Shown: piece by piece, positions 1 through 8,689 of the stretch
Layout of the letters: every line of letters starts with the position of its first letter
Position numbering within the stretch: position 1 is the first letter of the stretch
NCBI GenBank assembly: GCA_039208735.1
Contig: JBCCQY010000002.1
Location: 32,001-96,000 of the forward strand
Length of the DNA: 64,000 bases
Origin: Myxococcota bacterium
Lineage (GTDB): Bacteria > Myxococcota_A > UBA796 > GCA-2862545
Reading direction: 5' to 3'
Program-made: the position numbers and the translations under genes
The notes under the pieces: generated by a model
Seen by the model: the letters and a program-made list of their open reading frames with translations, nothing else
Told to the model about the DNA's origin: nothing
The model's database searches: none

Positions 1-436
1 GGGGCTCATCGTCGCCCCCGGCAATCCCCTCGACCTTGGCGAAGGCTCCCCGTTGCTGCGACCGGGCCTGCGCTACGCCGTCCGCGAGGCGGGTGCGGGC
101 GCTCAGCGGGTGTTTGAGCGCACCATGGCGGCCGCAGGGGGGGCGGTGCCTAAGGGTCCCCTCGCCACCGACCACCACGAGGTCGCCCAACTCGTGCGGT
201 GGGGAGTGGCCGACGTGGGGGTGGCCGTCGAGGCCGCCGCCCTCACCGATGCGCTCGGGTTCGTCCCGCTTTGCGACGAGCGGTTCGACCTGGTCGTGCC
301 GACGTCCCGCCTCGATACGCCAAAGGTGGCCCGATTTCTCGATCTGCTCGACCGCCGGGCCTTTCGGGCCGAAGCGCGAGGTCTGCAGGGCTACGACCTG
401 TCCCAAGCCGGCGACGTGCGGACGGTGGCGCCGTGA
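1..436 (+). CDS. PBP_like (periplasmic molybdate-binding-like) domain protein, probably a molybdate-responsive regulator; 5' truncated by window
   Basis: Frame open from base 2: GLIVAPGNP...REAGAGAQRVFE...HHEVAQLVRWGVADVG...LGFVPLCDERFDL, typical of PBP_like domains; its stop overlaps the modA start (GTGA). Confidence 0.75.
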   Translation, partial: GLIVAPGNPLDLGEGSPLLRPGLRYAVREAGAGAQRVFERTMAAAGGAVPKGPLATDHHEVAQLVRWGVADVGVAVEAAALTDALGFVPLCDERFDLVVPTSRLDTPKVARFLDLLDRRAFRAEARGLQGYDLSQAGDVRTVAP

Positions 437-1158
437 TCGGCTGGTTCCTGCTGGCCCTGGGCTGTGGAACCCCCGACGACCGCACGCCCCTCGTGGTGTT
501 CGCGGCGTCCTCGTTGACCGAGGCATTTGGTGCGGTGGAGGAGTCCTTCGAAGCCGCTCATCCCCACATCGACGTACAAGTCGTGCTCGCCGGAAGTCAG
601 GTCCTGCGCATGCAGATCGAACAGGGTGCGGCCGTCGACGTCTTCGCCTCGGCCAATCCCCACCACGTGAATGGCGTCGTCGACACTCCCCACACCTTCG
701 CCCACAACGAACTCGTGGTGATCGTGCCTTCGGGGAACCCGGCGGGCGTCCAACGGTTCGAGGACCTGCCAAACGCGCACCGCATCGTCCTGGGCACCGA
801 CACCGTGCCGATCGGTCGCTACGCCCGCACCGTGCTCAACCGCGCCAACCCTGAATTCGCGGCCGCCGTCCGACAACGCGTGGTGTCGAAGGAAGCCAAC
901 GTACGTCTCGTCCGCGCCAAGGTCGCCCTGGGTGAGGCCGACGCCGCGTTTGTGTACCGCACGGACGCGCTGGCCTCCTCGGTCCAGACCGTACCCGTGC
1001 CCGAAGACCTCAACGTGCGGGCGGACTACCCCATTGGCGTGGTCACGACCGCTCCCCATCGCGCCGAAGCGCGCACGTTTATCGACTTCGTGACCTCTCG
1101 CGAAGGGCAGGACGTCCTGACCCAGTACGGCTTCCTACGGCCTGACGTCGCCGAGTGA
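433..1158 (+). CDS. modA: Molybdate ABC transporter substrate-binding lipoprotein
   Basis: Lipobox [49 protein letters not shown] motifs; GTG start overlaps upstream stop. Confidence 0.92.
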   Translation: MIGWFLLALGCGTPDDRTPLVVFAASSLTEAFGAVEESFEAAHPHIDVQVVLAGSQVLRMQIEQGAAVDVFASANPHHVNGVVDTPHTFAHNELVVIVPSGNPAGVQRFEDLPNAHRIVLGTDTVPIGRYARTVLNRANPEFAAAVRQRVVSKEANVRLVRAKVALGEADAAFVYRTDALASSVQTVPVPEDLNVRADYPIGVVTTAPHRAEARTFIDFVTSREGQDVLTQYGFLRPDVAE

Positions 1159-1925
1159 CCCTGCTCGGCCGACTCCTCGGAGTGACCCTGCTTGGGCTGC
1201 TCGTGCTCCCGCTCTTGGCCCTGGTGGGTTCGAGTTCGTGGCATGACCTCCAGGCCGGGCTCTCCCACCCTCGCTTTGGTGCGGCCCTTGGACTCAGCCT
1301 GCGCACGACGTTCACCACCCTCATCGCCATCGTGGGACTTGGCACGCCGCTCGCCTGGTGGCTCGCCTCCTCGCGGTCGCCGCTCACCCGTTGGGCATCC
1401 GTGCTGGTGGATTTGCCCATCGTGGTGCCTCCCGCGGTGGTGGGCATCGCGCTCTTGCAGACGTTTGGCCGGCAAGGTTGGCTCGGCCCCCTGTTGGCCG
1501 AAGTGGGCGTATCGCTTCCCTTCACCCCAGCTGCGGTCGTGCTGGCGCAGATCGTGGTGGCCTCCCCGTTCTATGTCCAAGCCGCGACCAACGCCTTTCG
1601 CAAGGTCGACCCTGACACGTTGCTGGTGGCCCGCACGCTGGGCGCAACCCCCTCCGAGGCCTTCGTACGCATTGCCCTCCCCATCGCCGCGCCGGGGCTC
1701 GTCGCAGGGGCCTCGCTCGCCTGGGCTCGGGCCCTTGGCGAATTTGGCGCCACCCTGCTGTTCGCGGGTAATCTCGCGGGACGCACCCAGACCATGCCCC
1801 TCGCCATCTTCACCGCCCTCGAATCCGACGTGAACCTCGCGGTTGTCTTCGCACTGGTGCTCACCGGGATGGGAGCGGTGCTCTTGCTCTCGTTGCGACT
1901 CGTCTTGCGGCAGGGGGCGACGTGA
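1155..1925 (+). CDS. modB: Molybdate ABC transporter permease
   Basis: [18 protein letters not shown] (EAA loop), [21 protein letters not shown]. Confidence 0.93.
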   Translation: MTLLGRLLGVTLLGLLVLPLLALVGSSSWHDLQAGLSHPRFGAALGLSLRTTFTTLIAIVGLGTPLAWWLASSRSPLTRWASVLVDLPIVVPPAVVGIALLQTFGRQGWLGPLLAEVGVSLPFTPAAVVLAQIVVASPFYVQAATNAFRKVDPDTLLVARTLGATPSEAFVRIALPIAAPGLVAGASLAWARALGEFGATLLFAGNLAGRTQTMPLAIFTALESDVNLAVVFALVLTGMGAVLLLSLRLVLRQGAT

Positions 1926-2635
1926 GCTGGTCGTTCACGGTCCGGGCCCAACGGGGCACGTTCGAACTCGATGTGACCCTCGAAGGCGAGGCCTCGCTGC
2001 TCGCGATCGTAGGGCCCAACGGCAGCGGTAAGACGACGCTTCTGCGTTCGCTCACCGGGGCGATCCCCGCCCAAACCCACCTCGTGGTGCACGGTGAAAC
2101 GCTGATCAGTCCTGCATCCTCACCGCCTCCTGAGGTCCGCCGCATCGGCTACGTCCCTCAAGGCTACGGGCTGTTTCCTCATCTCAATGTGCTGCAGAAC
2201 GTCGCGTTTGGGTTGTCCACCCGCCAGCGCCATCGCCCCAAAGCGGTCCGTGAAGCCACCGCTCAGGCCTTGCTGGACGACCTTCAGTGCTCACACCTAA
2301 CCCATCGCCGCGTCGAAGGGCTGTCGGGCGGGGAGCGGCAACGGGTGGCCCTGGCTCGCGCCCTCGCCATCGACCCGGCCCTCCTGCTCTTGGACGAGCC
2401 GCTCGCCGCGCTCGATGCGACCACCCGACGTCAGGTTCGCCAGTTCCTTGGCCAGACCCTTCGCCAGCTGTCGTGTCCCGCGCTGCTCGTGACCCACGAT
2501 GTGCGCGACCTCATCGCGCTTGACGCGGACACGGCCGTCCTTGAGGAGGGCCGAGTGGTGCAACGGGGCTCGGTCGACGCCCTACGCGCCAACCCAGCAA
2601 GTGCCTTCGTTGCGGAACTCGTGGAGGCGCCCTAA
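1922..2635 (+). CDS. modC: Molybdate ABC transporter ATP-binding protein (no C-terminal TOBE domain)
   Basis: Walker [17 protein letters not shown] signature, LLLLDEP, VTHD; operon with modAB. Confidence 0.88.
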   Translation: MSWSFTVRAQRGTFELDVTLEGEASLLAIVGPNGSGKTTLLRSLTGAIPAQTHLVVHGETLISPASSPPPEVRRIGYVPQGYGLFPHLNVLQNVAFGLSTRQRHRPKAVREATAQALLDDLQCSHLTHRRVEGLSGGERQRVALARALAIDPALLLLDEPLAALDATTRRQVRQFLGQTLRQLSCPALLVTHDVRDLIALDADTAVLEEGRVVQRGSVDALRANPASAFVAELVEAP

Positions 2636-2641
2636 GGGCGG

Positions 2642-3514
2642 TCATTCTTTGATCGCATCGGGTCGTACGGCCCGGTGAAATCCCTGGTACGCCTCACTTG
2701 TGTCGTGGTCGAGCATCGGAAAGTGGGTCGGCGCAATGGACCCACCGCCATCGATCTTCACGACCTCGCCCGTGACGAAGGCCGCGGCTTCCGACAACAG
2801 GAAGACCACCACCGAGCTGACCTCGGCCTCGGTCGCAAGCCGCTTGAGGGGCACGGCCTTCTTGAGTTGCGGAATGAGCGCGCGGGTCGCAGCATCGTAC
2901 GTGTCGAGGCCCGACGACTCCACCCATCCGGGCGCCACCGCATTCACCCGGACCCCTTGGGCGGCCCACTCCACCGCCAACGTTTGCGTGAGGTTGAGCA
3001 TGCCCATGCGCGCGGCGCCGGAGTGTGCCATGCCGGGCATGCCCTTCCACATGTCGGCGAGCATGTTCACCACCACGCCCGTGGCGGGCCGATTCGACCA
3101 CACCTGATCGAAGCACTCGCGGGCCATGAGAAACCCGCCAAGCAGGTTGGTCCGCACGACGGCGTCAAAGCCGCGCGCCGAGATCATTGCTGCGGGGGAC
3201 GGGAACTGCCCGCCTGCGTTGTTCACGAGGTAATCCACCCGACCGTGCTGCTCGACGATCGAGGCAATCCCCTCTTTGACAAGCGCTTCGTCGCGAATGT
3301 CAAAGGCATGCGTCGAGACCGCGCCCCCATCCTCGGTGATTTCGGCGGCCACCCGCTCGAGCTTCTCGAGTTTGCGCCCGGTAATGGCGACCGTCGCTCC
3401 CAATGACGTCAGTTCATGGGCGATGCAACGGCCAATCCCAGAGCCCCCTCCGGTGACGATGGCCACCCGGTTTGCAAACAGATCCGGACGAAACACCGAG
3501 CGATATCCACTCAT
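2642..3514 (-). CDS. SDR family oxidoreductase (AtuB/trans-2-enoyl-CoA reductase-like)
   Basis: TGGGSGIG, NNAGGQF, MAHSGAAR, GVRVNAVAPG. Confidence 0.85.
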   Translation of the reverse strand: MSGYRSVFRPDLFANRVAIVTGGGSGIGRCIAHELTSLGATVAITGRKLEKLERVAAEITEDGGAVSTHAFDIRDEALVKEGIASIVEQHGRVDYLVNNAGGQFPSPAAMISARGFDAVVRTNLLGGFLMARECFDQVWSNRPATGVVVNMLADMWKGMPGMAHSGAARMGMLNLTQTLAVEWAAQGVRVNAVAPGWVESSGLDTYDAATRALIPQLKKAVPLKRLATEAEVSSVVVFLLSEAAAFVTGEVVKIDGGGSIAPTHFPMLDHDTSEAYQGFHRAVRPDAIKE

Positions 3515-3527
3515 CGAGCTGCCTCCC

Positions 3528-4694
3528 CTATGCGCCGATCTCGACCATCTTCCAGATGATTTCCTTCATGACCTCCGACGTGCCCCCTCCGATGGGCAAC
3601 AGGCGAACGTCGCGGTACTGCCGGCAAATGTCGTATTCCTCGGTGAAGCCGTAGCCCCCGTGGAACTGTAGACAGTCGTAGATCACCTTTTGGGACAGGT
3701 CGCCGGCAAACAACTTGGCCATCGACACCATCTTCGTCGCGGCCTGTGGCCCCTGCTCATCGAGGACGCGCATCGCCTGGTTTGCGAGCGCCTTGCTCGC
3801 CTGCAACGCCGTGAAGTGCTCGGCGAACTTGTGACGCCACACCTGGAACTTCATGATCGGCCGCCCGAACGCCTCGCGCTCGTTGCCGTACTTGATGGCA
3901 TCGCGCAGCGACAGCTCCATGCCGGCATTGCCCATCAGCGCACCAACGAGGCGCTCGCCCTGGAAGTTCGTCATGATGTAGTAGAAACCTGCATTCTCTT
4001 GACCCAAGAGGTAGCGCTGCGGGATCCGGCAGTCCTCGAAGTGGATCTCGCAGCTGCCTACGCTGCGGGTTCCGAGTTTGTCGAGCTTCCGTCCCACCGA
4101 AAACCCCTTGGTATCTGTGGGAAAGAGCACCAGGCTGATGCCCCCATGGCCCGCCTCTCCGGTGCGCACCGCAAGCGTGATGAAGTCGGCGAAGTCGGCA
4201 TTCGTGATCCACGTCTTCTGCCCGTTGATGACGAAGTCGTCGCCGTCTTTGCGAGCCGTCGTTCGGATCGACGCCACATCCGACCCCGCCCCCGGCTCCG
4301 ACACGCCGAGTGACGCCACCTTCTCGCCCGCAATCATAGGAGTGAGAAACTCTTTTTTCTGTTCGTCGGTACCGATCTCATCGATGATCGGTGTGGCCAT
4401 GTCCGTATCGACCAGGATGCTCATGAGGACGCCCGAATTGCGGCAATGCGCAAGCCCCTCGACGAACGCCGCGGTGTAGCCCCAGTTGAGTCCAAGCCCG
4501 CCGTACGCTTCGTCCATGCGAATGCCCAGCACGCCTAGGTCCGCCAGCTTCGCGTAGACCTCGCGGTGTGGGAACGCCCCCGCCCGGTCCCACTCCTCAC
4601 GAAAGGGATGGAGTTCATCCATCGCGAACTTCTTGACGGTGTCGCGCAGCTGAAGCTGCTCTTCGGTCATTCCCGGGAATGAAGCGTCGGTCAC
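3528..4694 (-). CDS. Acyl-CoA dehydrogenase (AtuD-like)
   Basis: SEPGAGSDVA, INGQKTWITN, FQGERL, CLQFHGGYGF, IGGGTSEVM; GTG start with GGAGG SD. Confidence 0.92.
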   Translation of the reverse strand: MTDASFPGMTEEQLQLRDTVKKFAMDELHPFREEWDRAGAFPHREVYAKLADLGVLGIRMDEAYGGLGLNWGYTAAFVEGLAHCRNSGVLMSILVDTDMATPIIDEIGTDEQKKEFLTPMIAGEKVASLGVSEPGAGSDVASIRTTARKDGDDFVINGQKTWITNADFADFITLAVRTGEAGHGGISLVLFPTDTKGFSVGRKLDKLGTRSVGSCEIHFEDCRIPQRYLLGQENAGFYYIMTNFQGERLVGALMGNAGMELSLRDAIKYGNEREAFGRPIMKFQVWRHKFAEHFTALQASKALANQAMRVLDEQGPQAATKMVSMAKLFAGDLSQKVIYDCLQFHGGYGFTEEYDICRQYRDVRLLPIGGGTSEVMKEIIWKMVEIGA

Positions 4695-4720
4695 GTGATT
4701 CCTCCATCATCGACTTCACA

Positions 4721-4744
4721 AACATACCATACGTACGGTATGTT
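4721..4744. promoter_or_regulatory. Palindromic operator, probably bound by the adjacent TetR
   Basis: AACATACCATACGTACGGTATGTT: 24-bp inverted repeat with one mismatched pair, in the 58-bp gap between divergent acyl-CoA dehydrogenase and TetR genes. Confidence 0.8.
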
Positions 4745-4752
4745 GACACCAG

Positions 4753-5367
4753 ATGAAGACGAATCCCGCCCGACGCCCGCAAGCCGAGCGACGCCGTGAC
4801 ACGCAGCGCAAGTTGACCAACGCCGTGGTGCGCTGCCTCGATCAACTCGGCTACGCTCAAACCTCCATCACCGCCGTCCAAGAGGCCGCGGGGGTGTCGC
4901 GAGGGGCCGTGCTCCACCACTTCCCGAGCAAGCTCGAACTCATCGCAGGCACCGCCAAGGTGCTGCTCACGCAGGCGCTCGAACGCACCCAGGACGCGGA
5001 ACCCTGGCGAGGCGCCACGAGCGTGGAGGAGTTGGTGGTGCACTATTGGCGTACGGTCGTCGATACGCCAGCCGGCCGCGCCTACCTCGAAATCCTCGGT
5101 GCGTGCCGGACCGACGAAGAGCTGCGCGCCGCCGTGCAAGAGGTGGTCGAAGAGTGGGAATCCGGCCTCACCAGCGCCGCGCTTGAGCGTTTCATCGGCC
5201 GGCCCATGCCCACAAAGCCCGATGACGTCGTGGCCCTATGGGGCATGTGCCGTTCGTTCCTGCGCGGACTGCTATTGGACATGTCCGTCGACAGCCAACG
5301 GTCCGAACAGCAAGTCCGACTGTTTGCCCGCCTCCTGAGCACCCACCTCCGACTGCGAGACGAGTGA
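4753..5367 (+). CDS. TetR/AcrR family transcriptional regulator
   Basis: N-terminal HTH GYAQTSITAVQEAAGVSRGAVLHHFPSK. Confidence 0.92.
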   Translation: MKTNPARRPQAERRRDTQRKLTNAVVRCLDQLGYAQTSITAVQEAAGVSRGAVLHHFPSKLELIAGTAKVLLTQALERTQDAEPWRGATSVEELVVHYWRTVVDTPAGRAYLEILGACRTDEELRAAVQEVVEEWESGLTSAALERFIGRPMPTKPDDVVALWGMCRSFLRGLLLDMSVDSQRSEQQVRLFARLLSTHLRLRDE

Positions 5368-6227
5368 TGGAAAAAGCAATTATTACCTGCGCTGTCAACG
5401 GCGTCCTTACGAACCCCAAGCAGCATCCGGTGCCGGTCACGCCCGAAGAGATGGCCGTTTCCGCAAGGGAAGCCTACGACGCAGGCGCTTCCATCATGCA
5501 CATCCACTTTCGGCAGCAAGATCCGAACCTCGGCCACCTCCCTTCCTGGGAGCCCGAGGTCGCCAAAGCCTGCGCCGATGCCATCCGTGAGGCGTGCCCC
5601 GTGGTCATCATCAACCAGACCACGGGCGTGGTGGGTCCCGACGTGTCCGGCCCCATTGCCTGTATGGATGCCTTGAAGCCCGAGATCGCGGCCTGCAATG
5701 CGGGGAGTCTCAACTACCTCAAAGTGCGCAGCAACGGCCAGTGGGCGTGGCCTCCTATGCTCTTCGACAACCCCGTGCCCAAGGTCCAAGAGATGATCGA
5801 CGCGATGAACCGCGTCGGTGCGCTTCCCGAATTCGAATGCTTCGACCTGGGCATCGTGCGTTCGATCGCCATGTACCTGAAGGTAGGCATGGCCGAGACC
5901 GCCCAGTACAACTTCGTGATGGGGGTGGCCTCCGGGATGCCCGCCGATGCCGACCTCCTCGACATCCTGCTCCGCTACAAGGCCCCGTCGAGCCCTTGGC
6001 AGTGCACGATCATTGGGCGGCAGGAAATCTGGGACGTGCACCGGAAGGCCGCCGAGCTGGGGGGCATGCTGCGCACGGGCGTCGAAGATACGTTCTACCT
6101 CCCAAACGGCGACAAGACGTCGGGGAACGGTGCCCTCATTGAGGCGCTCGCCAACCTGGCCCGCGAAGTGGGACGGGAGGTGGCTTCGCCCTCAGAAGCT
6201 CGAGAAATGCTCGGCATGGCGGCGTGA
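5367..6227 (+). CDS. 3-keto-5-aminohexanoate cleavage enzyme family (BKACE/Kce) protein
   Basis: IITCAVNG, PVTPEEM, AGASIMHIHFR (HxH), PEFECFD, RTGVEDTFY; ATG overlaps the TetR stop. Confidence 0.9.
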   Translation: MEKAIITCAVNGVLTNPKQHPVPVTPEEMAVSAREAYDAGASIMHIHFRQQDPNLGHLPSWEPEVAKACADAIREACPVVIINQTTGVVGPDVSGPIACMDALKPEIAACNAGSLNYLKVRSNGQWAWPPMLFDNPVPKVQEMIDAMNRVGALPEFECFDLGIVRSIAMYLKVGMAETAQYNFVMGVASGMPADADLLDILLRYKAPSSPWQCTIIGRQEIWDVHRKAAELGGMLRTGVEDTFYLPNGDKTSGNGALIEALANLAREVGREVASPSEAREMLGMAA

Positions 6228-6254
6228 AGCTGCGGAGGGTGCTACCTGCGCCCC

Positions 6255-6671
6255 GTGAAGTCCTGGAAGCTCCGCCTTGCCGTACTCGTCACGGCGAGCG
6301 CTTACATCCTGCTGTCCCCCATCCTCGTTCAGATCCCAGCCCTTCGGGTTCACACCCCATTCGTACGGGGGTGGCGGATGTATGCCGGCGTCGGTCGGGG
6401 GACGTGCGACGTGACCATCCGAGCCAAGATCGATGGCGTATGGGAAGAAGACATCGACTATGTCGAGGCTTTCCACGGTAAAGCCTGGCATGAGGTCACC
6501 CCCCGACGTCGGCGGGTCATCCGGAAGGAGGTGGCGAACTTCGGCCGGCACCTGTGCCGCAAGCTGAATGCCACCGACCTCCGTGTGGTGAAGGCGACCT
6601 GTGGCACGCGTGGGCATTGGGTCGAGCCCCCCATCGGGGAGCGCAACCTCTGCCTGCGGCACCCGGAATGA
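6255..6671 (+). CDS. Hypothetical membrane-anchored protein, partner of the HTTM protein
   Basis: N-terminal hydrophobic helix, GWRMY motif, four Cys; ATGA overlap with the next gene. Confidence 0.65.
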   Translation: MKSWKLRLAVLVTASAYILLSPILVQIPALRVHTPFVRGWRMYAGVGRGTCDVTIRAKIDGVWEEDIDYVEAFHGKAWHEVTPRRRRVIRKEVANFGRHLCRKLNATDLRVVKATCGTRGHWVEPPIGERNLCLRHPE

Positions 6672-7498
6672 TGGCGGCCCTCCAAGCGAGGTTGGAACGC
6701 ACCTCATCCACCCGTTCGGCCGCGCTGCTCCGGATCGGATTGGCCCTGCTCCTGTGGGAACGCTTCGGGAACTTCTACGTTCCGTTTGCCTACACCCTTG
6801 ACCCGCTTCGCCTGCTGTTGTCGGTGCCCTTCTGGGTTTTCACCGCGTGCATGCTCGTGGGCTACCGCGCGCAACTCGCCACCGCGAGCACCGCCATCGT
6901 TTTGCTTGTATCCTGGTTTTCGCTGGGTGTGTTCGGCGACATAGGCGACTTCATTCACCACCACACCTGGCTCATGGTGCTCGCCACCGTGTGGTTGGCG
7001 TTCACCCCGTGTGGCACCAGCCTCTCGGTCGACCGCTGGTTCGCCGTGCGGGATGCAACGCGAAACGACGCCCCTATTCCTCTGGAAGAAGGTCCGGATT
7101 GGGGACTGTTGCTGATCGCCCTTCAGGTCTCGGCGGTGTACTGGTGGGGCGCCTGGGACAAGACGTCGTGGCCTTTCCTTTCCGGCGACCGGCTGTCGAT
7201 GCTCGTCATGCATCAGTACACGGGATTTCGAGTCACCGGATGGGCCTTCGACCTGATCATGGCCTTCGGAGCGTGGGCGGTGGTGATCGTCGAGTACGCG
7301 CTGCCCTTCGGCCTGTTCGTGCGCCGCTGGCAACCCTTCGCCACCGTGGCGGGCATCGCGTTGCATGCGGTCATCTACCTGACGCTGCCGGTGGGCCCCT
7401 TCTCGGCCGTCATGCTGCTGCTCTACCTGGCGTACTACCACCCCGACGACATCCACCAGGGGATCGAGACGCTGCTCGGCCGCCCGCCTAGCCCATGA
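6668..7498 (+). CDS. HTTM domain (vitamin K-dependent carboxylase/SdpB-like) membrane protein
   Basis: ALLRIGLA, MLVGYR, HHHTWL, SLSVDRW, LQVSAVYWWGAWDK, FLSG, GIALH. Confidence 0.8.
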   Translation: MMAALQARLERTSSTRSAALLRIGLALLLWERFGNFYVPFAYTLDPLRLLLSVPFWVFTACMLVGYRAQLATASTAIVLLVSWFSLGVFGDIGDFIHHHTWLMVLATVWLAFTPCGTSLSVDRWFAVRDATRNDAPIPLEEGPDWGLLLIALQVSAVYWWGAWDKTSWPFLSGDRLSMLVMHQYTGFRVTGWAFDLIMAFGAWAVVIVEYALPFGLFVRRWQPFATVAGIALHAVIYLTLPVGPFSAVMLLLYLAYYHPDDIHQGIETLLGRPPSP

Positions 7499-8603
7499 CC
7501 ACGCGACCCTCGGCGACTTCAAGGTGCGCGGCCAGGCGTTGCGCATCGGCCTCTACGCCTTCCAGGGCCGAATCCGTCCACCCCGAAAGCGGAGTCACCG
7601 TCACCGTGACTCCGGACTTCTTCGCTTTGTGGGTCCACGTGCCCACAATGCATCCATTGTGAAACACGGTGGCGGCGACGACGGCCGATCGCCTCCACAC
7701 CTGTTTGCGGTCGGCGTCGGTGGCGGTGGTCCATGTCTTGTCGGAGTGCGCCATGAGGACGGTGTCGTAGCCGGCCAGAAGTCGAGCCGGCTCCAAGGAT
7801 GGCTCGGCCTGTAGCGCCTCGAGGTCGCGGCTTAGAACGGTGAGTTCCCGGAGTTCGCAGTGTACGGTCGCGCATTCGTCGGCGAGGGCATCGAGCCAGG
7901 ACCGAGCCAACCCGATCTTCGCCCCAAAGAAGTGCGCAATGTCGTGGGGAGACGCGGGCCCATGCACCGCGAGGTACCGACGCGTGAGTTCGACGGCCGC
8001 TTGGGTTGGATCCAAGCCAAATCCGCCGAGATCGGGAAGCCACAGATCTCGGTGCACATAGCTCTGCTCCGACCCCCGCTTGAGCCCGAGACACACCTCC
8101 CCGCGATGGGCGAGTTGCCACGGAATCCGGCCCGCGGCGTAGCGATCCGCCTGGTCTTCTCCCACGCGCTTCGTCATCTCGGCCCGCATGGTCTCGGTGA
8201 CAAGGTCGAGCAGGTCCGTGCGCGTGCATGCCCCCGCCCGCAGGCGCTCTCGGGCCACCTCCAACACGTCGTCCGGGGCCCGGACCGTGGCACGCCCGGT
8301 TTGCGACCACAATTGATCTGCCGCGGCAAACCAAGGCCAATCCTCGGCCCCAAAGAGGTGGAGGGTGTCGCGCTGAGCCCACGTGCGCACCAACCTGCGG
8401 TCGACTTGCCAGGCCGTCTTGAGCTGCTTTGCGGTGGGCCTTGTGGCAGTTCGCATCGACACCGCCCAGTACGCGGGCCCCTCGACCTGTGCTTGAATGC
8501 CGACAATAGCGCGAGCAGCGGCCAGCGCGTCTTCCGCCCCAGCTCCGGAGAGGTGCCCTCGCCGCATGCGAAACGACCGGACTTGGTCTTCGCGGACCTT
8601 CAT
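7488..8603 (-). CDS. AlkZ/YcaQ-like DNA glycosylase (HTH_42 family)
   Basis: GIQAQ catalytic QxQ-type motif, LVRTWAQRDTLH, RRYLAVHGPAS, LLAGYD, IVGTW. Confidence 0.85.
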   Translation of the reverse strand: MKVREDQVRSFRMRRGHLSGAGAEDALAAARAIVGIQAQVEGPAYWAVSMRTATRPTAKQLKTAWQVDRRLVRTWAQRDTLHLFGAEDWPWFAAADQLWSQTGRATVRAPDDVLEVARERLRAGACTRTDLLDLVTETMRAEMTKRVGEDQADRYAAGRIPWQLAHRGEVCLGLKRGSEQSYVHRDLWLPDLGGFGLDPTQAAVELTRRYLAVHGPASPHDIAHFFGAKIGLARSWLDALADECATVHCELRELTVLSRDLEALQAEPSLEPARLLAGYDTVLMAHSDKTWTTATDADRKQVWRRSAVVAATVFHNGCIVGTWTHKAKKSGVTVTVTPLSGWTDSALEGVEADAQRLAAHLEVAEGRVVMG

Positions 8604-8689
8604 CGGTGATCTCCCACAACCCATCGCCCCTATCCGACGAAACGCCCTCCCGACGAGATAAGCGTGGCCCGTCGGCAGGTGAGGGACGC

